Assembly: GCA_963813155.1 (NCBI GenBank)
Contig: CAWEYG010000005.1
Coordinates: forward strand, 64,001 to 128,000
From: an uncultured Acidobacteriota bacterium
Lineage (GTDB): Bacteria; Acidobacteriota; Thermoanaerobaculia; UBA5066; DATFVB01
Direction: 5' to 3'
DNA length: 64,000 nucleotides
Made by a program: the position numbers and the translations under genes. Below, piece by piece: positions 36,445 to 45,792 of the stretch. The stretch's first letter is position 1. Each line of letters begins with the position of its first letter. The notes below the pieces were generated by a model. The model saw only the letters and a program-made list of their open reading frames with translations, had not been told where the DNA came from and did no database searches.

Positions 36445-39400
36445 CTACTTCTGGCCGGCTGTGACCTGAGGGATCGGCGCCGTCGTGTCGGACCGGTGGG
36501 CCGATTCGATCTCCTCGTGCGAGGGAAGGTTCGAATGCCCCGAGTGGAAGAACGTCGTGCGGTTCAGCACCTTTTCCTGGAATTCCTCGAGGTAGAGGTA
36601 GATCACGGGCGTGACGAACAGCGTGATGAACTGCGACACGACGAGGCCGCCGACGATGACGAGCCCGAGAGGCCGCCGCGACGCTCCGTCCGCGCCGAAG
36701 CCGAGCGCGATGGGAAGCGCGCCGAAGATCGCCGCGAGCGTCGTCATCAGGATCGGCCGGAACCGGTCCATGCTCGCGTCGTGGATCGCCTGCACCGCCG
36801 ACTCGCCGCGATCGACGCGTTGGCGGGCGAAGTCGACGATCATGATCCCGTTCTTCTTGACGATTCCCATCAACATGAACATTCCGACGAACGCGTACAG
36901 AGAAGCCTGCTGCCGGAAGATCAGGAGCGTGAGCAATCCTCCGACGAGCGCCGTCGGGAGCGTCGAGAGAACCGTCAAGGGGTGAACGTAGCTCTCGTAG
37001 AGGATCGCGAGGATCACGTACATCACGAAGACCGCGAGGATCATCAGGACGGTGAGGTCCCGGACGGTGTTCCTGAACGTCTCCGCCTCGCCCTGAAGGC
37101 TCGCGCGAATGCCGGCCGGGACGACTTCATGGGCCGTCTTGGCGATGAAATCTGTCGCCGGCCCGAGCGCGACGCCCGGCTTGAGGTTGAAGAAGATCGT
37201 GACGCTCGTGAACTGGTTCAGGTGGTTGACGGCCTGCGGGCCGAGAGATTGTTTCCAGGTGACGAGCTCCCGAAGCGGGACGAGATTCGCCCCGTCGTCG
37301 GACTTGATGTAGAGCAGGGAAAGGTTGTCCGCCTTCTCGCGGCCCTTGTCCTCGACTTCGAGGATGACCTGGTACTGATCGGCGGGTTTCTTGATCAGGT
37401 AGACATAGTTCTGAGAATAGGCGTTGCGAAGGAGAGCGAGGATCCGAGCCTCGGAAACGCCGTACGTCTTGGCTTGATCCCGCCGGATCTCGACGTCGAG
37501 GTTCGGCGTGTTGTTGAAGAAATCGGACGAGACGGTTTGAAATCCGGGATACTCCCGCAGTTTTGCCATGAGCTTTGTCGAAGCGTCGTAGACCTCCCCG
37601 GCGTTCACGCCGGACAGGGAATAGGCGTACTGTCCCTGGGCCTGGTTCGTCGCTCCGGTCGAGATCTGAAGGACGGGAAAGGGCTGCAGGAACGCAAAGG
37701 TCCCCGGGACCGAGCCGATCTCGCCCATGAGCTTGCCCGCTTCCTGATCGATCGGCGGCCGCTGCCCGGGGGGCTTCAGGAACGTGAAGATGAATCCCTG
37801 GTTGGAAGGGAGAAATCCGGAGATTCCCGCGACCGAAATCGTCGCGCGGATATTCGGGTCGCGCCAGAGCACGTCGCTCACGTTCTGCTGGATCGCGCGC
37901 ATCTGGTCGGGGGAGGAGCCCTCTTTCCCGAGGAAGACGCCGTTGATCACGCTGCTGTCGCCGGTCGGCAGAAAGGCCTTCGGAACCACGTAGAAGAGAC
38001 CGACGGTCCCGGCGAGGCAGAGCACCCAGATCAGCGCGGAGAGCCTCCGGCGCTCGAGAAACCACGTGAGGGAGGATCCGTATTTTCCGAGCACCCGCTT
38101 TTCGACGCCGCCGATCACGCGTTCGATCCAGGTCTGCCGGACGTCCTTGCCGCGGGGCTTCAGGAGCCGCGCGCACATCAGCGGCGTCAGAGTCAGGGAA
38201 ACCAGGCCGGACGCGAGGATCGACACGACGATCGTGACCGCGAATTCGCGGAAGATCCGCCCGACGAGTCCCGACATCAGGAGGAGCGGCAGGAACACCG
38301 CCGCGAGCGAGATCGTCATCGAGAGAATCGTGAAACTGATCTCTTTGGCGCCGTTCAGCGAGGCGAGCAGGGCCGGCTCGCCGCGCTCCATCCGGCGAAC
38401 GGTGTTCTCGAGAAAGACGATCGCATCGTCGACCAGAAACCCGATCGCGAGCACGAGAGCCATCAGCGAGAGGTTGTCGAGGCTGTAGCCGAGCGCCCGC
38501 ATCGCCATGAACGTCAGCAGCAGGGAAAGCGGAAGCGCGACCGCCGGGATCAGCGTGTCGGTCGCCCGGCCGAGAAAGAAGAAGATCACCAGAACCACGA
38601 GAACGAAAGCGATGACGAGTGTTGCCTGAACGTCGTTGACGGAGTTGACGATGCTTTGCGCGCGGTCGTAGATCGGCGTGACGCGCACCGAGCCGGGCAG
38701 CTCCGCGCTGATGACGGGCAGCAGATTTCGGATACTGCGCGAGACCTCGACGGCGTTGGCTCCCGCCTGGCGGTTGACCGCGACGACGACCGTCGCCGAC
38801 GGAATCGGATAGCCCTTGACCCAGAAGCGCATGCTGATGCGCTCGTCCTGGAGCGAGTTCGTCACGGTCGCAACGTCGCGCAGGCGCACCGCCGCCCCGT
38901 TCTTCGAACCGACGATCAGGTCGTCGTAGGCCCGCGCCGTGTCGAGCTGCCCCTGGGGGTTCAGCAGCAGGGTGCCGGAGGCGCTGTCGAGCTGGCCCGC
39001 GCCGGTGTAGCTCGTGCCGTTCTTGATGGCGGCGGCGAGATCGTCCACGGAAATGCCGCGGGCCCACATCGCGGAAGGGTCCGCCTTGATGCGAATCGCC
39101 GATTTCGTTCCGAACACGTTGACCCGCGAAACGCCCGGAAGGATGCTGATCCGCTGGCCGACCTGCGTGCTTCCGTAGTCGTAGAGCGCGCCGGGAGTGA
39201 CCGACTCGCTCGTCAGGGCGATGTACATGATCGGCTGGTCGTTGGGGTTCGTCTTGGAAAACGTCGGCGGCGACGGGAGGTCGACGGGAAGGCTCCCGGT
39301 CGCCTGCGAGATGGCCGTCTGAACGTCGGTCGCGGCCGCGTCGATGCTCTTTCCCAGCGCGAACTGAAGCGTCAGGCTCGTGTTTCCCTGCGTGCTTTTC

Positions 39401-39645
39401 GACGTGACGATCTCGAGGCCGTTGATCTGCATGAACTGGCGCTCGAGCGGCGTCGCGATGTTGTTGGCCATCGTGTCGGGGCTCGCCCCGGGGTAGCTCA
39501 CCTGAACCTGGATGACGGGATAGTCGACCGCCGGAAGGTCGTTGACCGGCAGCTGGCGGTAGCAGAGAACGCCGAAGAGAATGACGGAGACGGTCAGGAC
39601 CGCCGTCATCACCGGCTTTCGGATGAAGGGCTCGGACAGGTTCAC
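36445..39645 (-). CDS. RND efflux transporter permease (MdtB/MdtC-like)
   Basis: 1066 aa; FIRKPVMT, GFLVDDAIV, GIVKKNGIMIVD, RFRPILMTT. Confidence 0.95.
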   Translation of the reverse strand: MNLSEPFIRKPVMTAVLTVSVILFGVLCYRQLPVNDLPAVDYPVIQVQVSYPGASPDTMANNIATPLERQFMQINGLEIVTSKSTQGNTSLTLQFALGKSIDAAATDVQTAISQATGSLPVDLPSPPTFSKTNPNDQPIMYIALTSESVTPGALYDYGSTQVGQRISILPGVSRVNVFGTKSAIRIKADPSAMWARGISVDDLAAAIKNGTSYTGAGQLDSASGTLLLNPQGQLDTARAYDDLIVGSKNGAAVRLRDVATVTNSLQDERISMRFWVKGYPIPSATVVVAVNRQAGANAVEVSRSIRNLLPVISAELPGSVRVTPIYDRAQSIVNSVNDVQATLVIAFVLVVLVIFFFLGRATDTLIPAVALPLSLLLTFMAMRALGYSLDNLSLMALVLAIGFLVDDAIVFLENTVRRMERGEPALLASLNGAKEISFTILSMTISLAAVFLPLLLMSGLVGRIFREFAVTIVVSILASGLVSLTLTPLMCARLLKPRGKDVRQTWIERVIGGVEKRVLGKYGSSLTWFLERRRLSALIWVLCLAGTVGLFYVVPKAFLPTGDSSVINGVFLGKEGSSPDQMRAIQQNVSDVLWRDPNIRATISVAGISGFLPSNQGFIFTFLKPPGQRPPIDQEAGKLMGEIGSVPGTFAFLQPFPVLQISTGATNQAQGQYAYSLSGVNAGEVYDASTKLMAKLREYPGFQTVSSDFFNNTPNLDVEIRRDQAKTYGVSEARILALLRNAYSQNYVYLIKKPADQYQVILEVEDKGREKADNLSLLYIKSDDGANLVPLRELVTWKQSLGPQAVNHLNQFTSVTIFFNLKPGVALGPATDFIAKTAHEVVPAGIRASLQGEAETFRNTVRDLTVLMILAVFVMYVILAILYESYVHPLTVLSTLPTALVGGLLTLLIFRQQASLYAFVGMFMLMGIVKKNGIMIVDFARQRVDRGESAVQAIHDASMDRFRPILMTTLAAIFGALPIALGFGADGASRRPLGLVIVGGLVVSQFITLFVTPVIYLYLEEFQEKVLNRTTFFHSGHSNLPSHEEIESAHRSDTTAPIPQVTAGQK

Positions 39646-40733
39646 GAGTGGGGCCCCGCGACGGCGACCTTTCCGCCGGGCGTGACGGCGAGCTGGCCGT
39701 TGACGACGACGCGTTCACCCGCTTTCAGGCCCTTCTCGATCACGACGAGGGCTTCCTGGGTTTGTCCCGGCACGATCGGGCGCAGCTCGGCCGTCGAATC
39801 GGCGGCCACGACGTAGACGAACGGTCCTTTTGCGGACACCTGGAGAGCCGTTGCGGGAACGAGCACGGCGCCCTTCAGCGTCGCGAGCACGAGACGGACC
39901 TTGACGAACCTTCCCGGCCAGAGCCGATGCTCCCGATTGGGAACGGTGGCCCGCAGGGTGACCGTTCCCGTCGATTCCTGAACGGTGTTGTCGAGAAACG
40001 TGAGCGTTCCCGCGAGCGGCTTTCCGGGCTCGTCGGGAAGGCGAACTTCCACTTTCAGGTCTCCGCGCGCCATGTGCTGCTGGACCTGCGACAGGTCGTT
40101 CTCCGTGACCGTGAAGTCGGCGTAGATCGGGTCGAGCCGCTCGATCGTCAGGAGCGAGGCGCCATTGGGGGCGACGACGTTCCCGAGGTCGACGAGGCGG
40201 TGGCCCGCGCGCCCGTCGATCGGGGAATGGATCGAGCAGTACTGGAGGTTCAGGCGCGCCGCCTTGACCGAGGCGTCCGCCTGCTGCACCTGGGCCTCGT
40301 CGACCTGGGCGGTGCTCTTTTTCGTGTCGTAGTCCGACTGAGAAACGAGCTGCGCCTTCAGGAGGTCCGCGGAGCGGGCGAGCTCCACGCGGGCGAGCTC
40401 GCGCGCGGCTTTCGCCTGCGCGACATTCGCCTCCGCGGCGTCGAGCTGCGCCTGGTACGGCCGCGGATCGATCGTGAAGAGCAGGTCTCCGGACTTGACG
40501 TTCGCCCCGTCGGTGAAATGGATCTCGGTGATGCGGCCGGATACCTGCGGGACGATCGAGACGACCTCGCGCGCGACGCACTTGCCGACTTCGTCGGCGT
40601 AAACAGGAACGTCCCGCGCGACGGCCGTTTCGACCGTGACGGGCGCGGGAGGCCGCTGAAAGGCCGCGGGATTATTCTTGCCGCGGCAGGCGCAGCCGAG
40701 CATCAACAGCAGGAGCAACTTCTTGTTTTTCAC
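39642..40733 (-). CDS. RND periplasmic adaptor (membrane fusion protein, MdtA-like)
   Basis: PQVSGRI, LFTIDPRPY, SPIDGRAG, LWPGRFV. Confidence 0.93.
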   Translation of the reverse strand: MKNKKLLLLLMLGCACRGKNNPAAFQRPPAPVTVETAVARDVPVYADEVGKCVAREVVSIVPQVSGRITEIHFTDGANVKSGDLLFTIDPRPYQAQLDAAEANVAQAKAARELARVELARSADLLKAQLVSQSDYDTKKSTAQVDEAQVQQADASVKAARLNLQYCSIHSPIDGRAGHRLVDLGNVVAPNGASLLTIERLDPIYADFTVTENDLSQVQQHMARGDLKVEVRLPDEPGKPLAGTLTFLDNTVQESTGTVTLRATVPNREHRLWPGRFVKVRLVLATLKGAVLVPATALQVSAKGPFVYVVAADSTAELRPIVPGQTQEALVVIEKGLKAGERVVVNGQLAVTPGGKVAVAGPHS

Positions 40734-40800
40734 GAGCTTTTCGGCCTCAGATCATTTCCACATTCGAAGGACAGCATCGGCGTCCGTTTCCATACGGTCT

Positions 40801-40825
40801 TGAACCTCTCCGGTTTCATTTTATA
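40801..40825 (-). promoter_or_regulatory. Possible -10 element with adjacent TetR-type operator for the RND operon
   Basis: Minus strand TATAAAATGAAACCGGAGAGGTTCA: -10-like TAAAAT overlapping imperfect palindrome TGAAACC-N5-GGTTCA. Confidence 0.35.
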
Positions 40826-40848
40826 TTTCATTTCGAACGACTTGCGGG

Positions 40849-42423
40849 CTACCTTTTCGAAATGAAGCTCCACGGGCTGGTCGGCTTTTGCGGCGGCATC
40901 GACGGGGAGACGACGGCGTCGATTTCCGCGCGGTGGTCTTTCAGGAGGCGCCGAACGGGGACTCCGTCGGCGCCGCGCTCGAGGATTTCGGCGGCCGACT
41001 CGTCCATTTTCGCGAGAAACGCCTCCCATCGGGCCTCGGAAACCGGCATCCCCCGGAAACGCACGTTCGAAAGCTTCGCGAATTCGCGCGTCAGGTATTC
41101 GATCTTCGTCTTGATCTCGCCTTCCGGCGCGAGCGACTCGCTTTCGTAGGGAGTGTGCGGCTTCGGGATGAACGCGTTGACCGAGGGGACGATCGTGGCC
41201 ATCCGTCCCGTCGATTTCGCTTCGGCGAGCGCGATGTCGTGGCAATCGGACACGAGGCGCACGAGGTCGCGCACGTCTTCTTCGGTTTCCGAAGGAAGCC
41301 CGATCTGCAGATAGAGCTTCAGGTTGGTGAAGCCGTTCTGGAAGATCATACGGACCTTCTCCCGGAGCATCGAGTCGGAGACCTTCTTGTTGATGTGGCG
41401 GCGCAACCGCTCGTTTCCCGCTTCCGGTGCGATCGAGAGAGACTTTTCGCCTTGCCGCGCGAGGATCGCGAGGATCTCGGGCCGAATCGCGTCGATCTTG
41501 ATCGACGAAAGAGCGATGTGGAACTCGAGCTCGGCGAGCCCGGAGAGGATCGTCTCGATCTCCGGGTGATCGCAGACGGCCGTCGCGATCAGGCCCGCGC
41601 GATCCGTGAAGCGGCGCCCGTTCCGGGCCGTCGCGAGGATCGAGGAGGCGGGATACTGCTTGATCGGCGCCATTGCGTACGCCGCCCAGCAGAACTTGCA
41701 CATTTCCGTGCAGCCGCGCGAGATTTCGATCAGAAGCTTGTCGGAGAGCTCGGTCCGGGGCGTGAGGATGGAAGTGTGCGGGACTTCGTAGTCGGGTCCG
41801 ATTTCCTTTCGGGACATCGCCTGCTGGATGACGATTTTGCCGTCCATCGAGCCCTCGGCGCGGGGACCCTGGACGGCGGGAACGAAGAGCCCGGGCACCT
41901 TCGCGGCTTCTTCCAGGAACTGCGACCGGTTGAGACCGCGCTTGAGGAGATTCGAGAGAGGGAGAACGAGCTTCTCTCCATCTCCCATCGCGAAGATGTC
42001 GAGAAACGGGGTCAGGGGGGCTGGATTGATCCGCGAACAGTCGCCTCCGATGAGGAGAATCGGGTGGCGCTCGTCACGGTCGCGAGCCCTCCGCGGAATC
42101 CGCGAGAGGTCGAGGGTCTTCAGGAGATTGAGGTAGTCCATTTCCCAGGAGACCGACCAGGCGAGCAGGCCGAATTCCGAAAGCGGCGTTCGCGATTCCA
42201 GGGTCTCCGCCGGGGCTCCGGCCTCGTAGAAAAACCGCTCGCACACGACATCCTCGACGCGGTTGAAAAGACGCAGCACCCACTGGAAGCCGAGATTCGA
42301 CATCCCGACTTCGTAGGAGTTCGGGAACCCGAGCGCGACGCGGTACGCGCCGAATCGCTTCGGCTCCTCGAGGGGCCTTTCCGACGCGAGTCGGGCTCGT
42401 CGATTCTCTTCGTATCCCGGCAT
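40849..42423 (-). CDS. Radical SAM protein (TIGR03960-like N-terminus)
   Basis: FPNSYEVGMSNLGF; SRGCTEMCKFC (CX3CX2C); IAPEAG; FIPKPHTP. Confidence 0.88.
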   Translation of the reverse strand: MPGYEENRRARLASERPLEEPKRFGAYRVALGFPNSYEVGMSNLGFQWVLRLFNRVEDVVCERFFYEAGAPAETLESRTPLSEFGLLAWSVSWEMDYLNLLKTLDLSRIPRRARDRDERHPILLIGGDCSRINPAPLTPFLDIFAMGDGEKLVLPLSNLLKRGLNRSQFLEEAAKVPGLFVPAVQGPRAEGSMDGKIVIQQAMSRKEIGPDYEVPHTSILTPRTELSDKLLIEISRGCTEMCKFCWAAYAMAPIKQYPASSILATARNGRRFTDRAGLIATAVCDHPEIETILSGLAELEFHIALSSIKIDAIRPEILAILARQGEKSLSIAPEAGNERLRRHINKKVSDSMLREKVRMIFQNGFTNLKLYLQIGLPSETEEDVRDLVRLVSDCHDIALAEAKSTGRMATIVPSVNAFIPKPHTPYESESLAPEGEIKTKIEYLTREFAKLSNVRFRGMPVSEARWEAFLAKMDESAAEILERGADGVPVRRLLKDHRAEIDAVVSPSMPPQKPTSPWSFISKR

Positions 42424-42467
42424 GAACCCTTGATTATAAGGGATTTTCGGCGCTTTCGCGCGGCCGG

Positions 42468-43097
42468 CTAGTTCTCGGCGACGGCCCAGAGGTGGAAGAT
42501 GACGGTCAGAGGATCCTGGATCCGGTTGAAGACCGTCGACATGTTTCGAAGGCCGTACTGCTTCCAGTGGATCGGCACGGCGCCGGCAACCAGGATGTGG
42601 TCCTCGAGCACGGCGCACTGAACCGACGCCTGGAGCGGTTTGCTCACTCCGTGGATGACGACGTCGGCGGAGAGCTCCACCGTTACGGTCGAGCCGGGGC
42701 CGAACCCCGACAGATTTCCCTTGTAGCTCTTTCCTTCGAACACGATCTCCGGGAACTGCGAAGCCTCCAGGACCTTGTCGCGCAGGACGGCGTTGCGGCG
42801 CGCATTCCCGGTCTCAAGCGAATCCGCGCGAAAACCGATTCGGGAACGAAGAACTCCGGGGTTTCTCGGATCCACTTCCGCGCTTCCGCTCCACGATCCG
42901 ATCGTTCCGTGGACGAGGTGAAACGTGGTCGGAAGCTCGAAGGAGATTTTCGATTTCTCTGGCACGAAACGGTACTTCAGGACGCGGGGAGGCGGGGCGA
43001 GAGCGACAGGCGCGTCGGTCGACGAGCCGCCGCCCGTCTGGGCGAACGCGGGAGCGCAGGCCAGAATCGCGAGCGGAATCCAGCGAAAGAACTTCAC
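42468..43097 (-). CDS. YceI family secreted lipid/polyisoprenoid-binding protein
   Basis: Signal peptide, SKISF, SLETGNARRNAVLR, FPEIVF, IHGVSKP. Confidence 0.85.
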   Translation of the reverse strand: MKFFRWIPLAILACAPAFAQTGGGSSTDAPVALAPPPRVLKYRFVPEKSKISFELPTTFHLVHGTIGSWSGSAEVDPRNPGVLRSRIGFRADSLETGNARRNAVLRDKVLEASQFPEIVFEGKSYKGNLSGFGPGSTVTVELSADVVIHGVSKPLQASVQCAVLEDHILVAGAVPIHWKQYGLRNMSTVFNRIQDPLTVIFHLWAVAEN

Positions 43098-43107
43098 GCG
43101 CGTAATA

Positions 43108-44586
43108 CTAGCAGGCGCCGGGTTCCGGCACGATCGGGTACGGATGGTCCTCGAAGACTCGCGGCCGGATGCCGCGGAACGGATCGACGATCCGGCGAAG
43201 CCGCGGAAGCACCCTCCACCGCGGCCGGGGAAGTGGGAGGTACATGCACCAGCGCGTGAGCCGTTCGACGACCGGCTGTTGCGCTTCGAAAGAGTTGACG
43301 ACGTTCCGGTGCTCACGGCCGAACCGTGAAAGCTCCTCGAGGTACCACTCCCGCGGCAGCTCGGGGGAGAAATAGAAGAACGGCTCGAGCAGGTTCGCGT
43401 CCGGCGCAATCAGCCCTTCGGCCCGAAGGATGCGCTCCAGACCCGTCCGCGGATAGACCCGCACGCCGTTGGTGATGTAGACGAGGTCCGACGGCGGGAT
43501 CCGACGATCGATGAAGTCGAACGTCTCGGCGACGGTGTCCGGGTTCTCCCCGGGCGAGCCGACGAGAAAGACCCACACGGCCGGAATTCCGTGGCGGGGC
43601 AGCCACCGCGCGATCTTCTCGACATCGGCCCGGCCGAAACCCTTCTGCATTCGCTTCAGGACCGAATCCGACGCCGACTCCACGGTGCACGTCGTCGCGA
43701 CGAAGCCGCCCTTTTTCATCAGCGCGACGAGCTCCTCGGTGACGCCGACCGGATTGAAACCCGCCGCGGTGAGGCGGACCTTGAGGCCGCGAGCGAGAAT
43801 TCCGTTCAGGATTCCGCGCGCCTGCACCGGAGGATGGGAGAAGACCGCGTCCACGAACTCGAAGAATTCGGCGCCGAGGGAATTCGCGCGCGCGATTTCC
43901 TCCACCACCTCCGGGACGGGACGGAACCGGTAGCGAACTCCCTCGAGCGTCCCGTACGTGCAATACGTGCAGGTGAACCCGCAACCCCTCTTCGTCTGGA
44001 TGGGAAACACTCCTTCGCGCCGCATGTACGTCTTCATGTCGAGATGACGGAAGAGGTCGGGGTCGGGAAGGCCGTCGATCGGCTCGGAGGAATGGAGGGC
44101 GTTGTGGAGGAGCCGGCCGCTGCGGCGGACGACGAGCCCCGGAATGTCGTCGAACGGGATCCCGGCCGCCCAGCGTCGGAGCAGATCGGGAAAGCGCTTC
44201 TCGGCGTCGCCGTAGAGAATCGCGTCCGGCGAGACTTCTTCGAAGACTCGAACCGGCTCAATGGCCGCGCCCGCGCCCCCGAGGATGAGGGGAGCGGCGG
44301 TGATTCGCCGAAGGCGCGAGAAGAGCTCGCAAATCTCGGGAACGAAGTACTTCGTTCCGATCAGGTCGGAGTTGTCGACGTTCCGCATCGATACCCCGAC
44401 GAAATCGGGGCGAAAATCGTCGATCACCCGCTTCAGTGGAAGCGAGGAGTCCTCCTCCCACATCAGGTCGACGACGCGCGCTTCGATCCCGTCTCTCTCG
44501 AGCTGCGCGGCCACCAGGCAAGGACCGACCGGCACCACGGGGTAGGGCGTCCGTTCCCGGTTCGTCGAAACGAGGAGGACCTTCAC
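43108..44586 (-). CDS. Cobalamin-binding radical SAM protein
   Basis: N-terminal B12-binding-like region (PYPVVPVG, PDFVGVSMRNVD, LILGGAG); TKRGCGFTCTYC. Confidence 0.88.
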   Translation of the reverse strand: MKVLLVSTNRERTPYPVVPVGPCLVAAQLERDGIEARVVDLMWEEDSSLPLKRVIDDFRPDFVGVSMRNVDNSDLIGTKYFVPEICELFSRLRRITAAPLILGGAGAAIEPVRVFEEVSPDAILYGDAEKRFPDLLRRWAAGIPFDDIPGLVVRRSGRLLHNALHSSEPIDGLPDPDLFRHLDMKTYMRREGVFPIQTKRGCGFTCTYCTYGTLEGVRYRFRPVPEVVEEIARANSLGAEFFEFVDAVFSHPPVQARGILNGILARGLKVRLTAAGFNPVGVTEELVALMKKGGFVATTCTVESASDSVLKRMQKGFGRADVEKIARWLPRHGIPAVWVFLVGSPGENPDTVAETFDFIDRRIPPSDLVYITNGVRVYPRTGLERILRAEGLIAPDANLLEPFFYFSPELPREWYLEELSRFGREHRNVVNSFEAQQPVVERLTRWCMYLPLPRPRWRVLPRLRRIVDPFRGIRPRVFEDHPYPIVPEPGAC

Positions 44587-44596
44587 TTCGGATCTC

Positions 44597-45718
44597 TCAT
44601 CGAATGCCGAAAACCCAGTCGGCGACGTTGGTGCCCGTGATCCCCGGGCGAAACCGGTCGCCGAGTGTGTCGAAGAATGCGGCGGAATCGTGGCGAAGGA
44701 GAAAGTCCGGCGCCGAGAGCCGCAGCTTTCGCGCGCGGTCGATCGTCGTGCCGTCGGCGAAAGCGCCCGCGTTTCCCGAATTGCCGTCGATCCCGTCCGA
44801 GCCGCAGGCGAGCAACCCGGGCGCGCTTCCGGCGAGCTCCTGAGCGGCGGCGAGCGCGAACTCCTGGCTTCGCCCGCCGGTTCCGGAACGAGAAGGGCGC
44901 CGAACCGTCGTCTCTCCCCCCGCGAGGAGAACCCGGGGCGACCGGCGCGCGCAAAGCCGCGCGGCGAACGCCCGTCCCTGCGCGGCGGCCTCGCCCGAAA
45001 GGGAAACGCGCTCGATTCGCGCGGAGAGTCCGCGCGCGCGGGCGAAACGGGCGGCGGCCTCGAGTCCCGTCCGGTTCCCGGCGAGAAGCCACGTTCGGTC
45101 GCGCGGTTTGCGGCTGCTCACAGTCGGTCCCGAGCCGACGATGCGAAAGTCCCCTTCCGGCACGTCGGACAGAACGAGCGTCACGACGCGGGCCCGGGTC
45201 GCGTCGGCGAGCCTGCCCCCCTTCACGAGAGAGAGGGATGTTCGTAGCCGGTTGATTTGCTGAATCGGCCATCCTTTCTCCATCGCGCGCCGGATCCTTC
45301 GCTGTTTCTCTGCAAGGGTCACGCCGCGTCGCGGAAGGCAGAGGAGCGAGGAAGTTCCTCCCGAAACGAGGGCAAGCACGAGATCGCCCTCGTCGAAACG
45401 GCGAAAGAACCGGAGCGCCGCCTTCGCGGCGGCGAGGCTCTCCCGGTCGGGGTCCGGGTGGGAGGCAAAGCGGGTAAAACGCCGGAGACGGGGGAGAACG
45501 CGCGATCCGTGCGGGACGACGATGAGCGCGTCGTGAAAAGTTTTTCGGGGGACGCCCGCGGCCATTCCGGCGGCAGCTTTTCCCGAAGCGAAAACGCCGA
45601 TTCTCTCGCCCGAAAGATCGAGCTTTCCCGACCGGAAGAATTCGGCGACGAGCGCCTCCGGATCGACGGCGGAAAGCGCCGCTTTCCAGAGCTCGCGGAG
45701 CAGCCGCCGGCCTTCCAC
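44597..45718 (-). CDS. Glycerate 2-kinase / MOFRL family protein
   Basis: GKAAAGMA, SHPDPD, LVSGGTSSL, VKGGRLA, GGETTV, GGRSQE, GSDGIDG, TGTNVAD; start GTG 45718 or 45778. Confidence 0.9.
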   Translation of the reverse strand: MEGRRLLRELWKAALSAVDPEALVAEFFRSGKLDLSGERIGVFASGKAAAGMAAGVPRKTFHDALIVVPHGSRVLPRLRRFTRFASHPDPDRESLAAAKAALRFFRRFDEGDLVLALVSGGTSSLLCLPRRGVTLAEKQRRIRRAMEKGWPIQQINRLRTSLSLVKGGRLADATRARVVTLVLSDVPEGDFRIVGSGPTVSSRKPRDRTWLLAGNRTGLEAAARFARARGLSARIERVSLSGEAAAQGRAFAARLCARRSPRVLLAGGETTVRRPSRSGTGGRSQEFALAAAQELAGSAPGLLACGSDGIDGNSGNAGAFADGTTIDRARKLRLSAPDFLLRHDSAAFFDTLGDRFRPGITGTNVADWVFGIR

Positions 45719-45792
45719 TCCGGCATTCTCGCCGATTCGGTTCCCCGGCCGCGAGTTCTTGGGATTTCCGCTCTTCACGGATAATGCCCACG

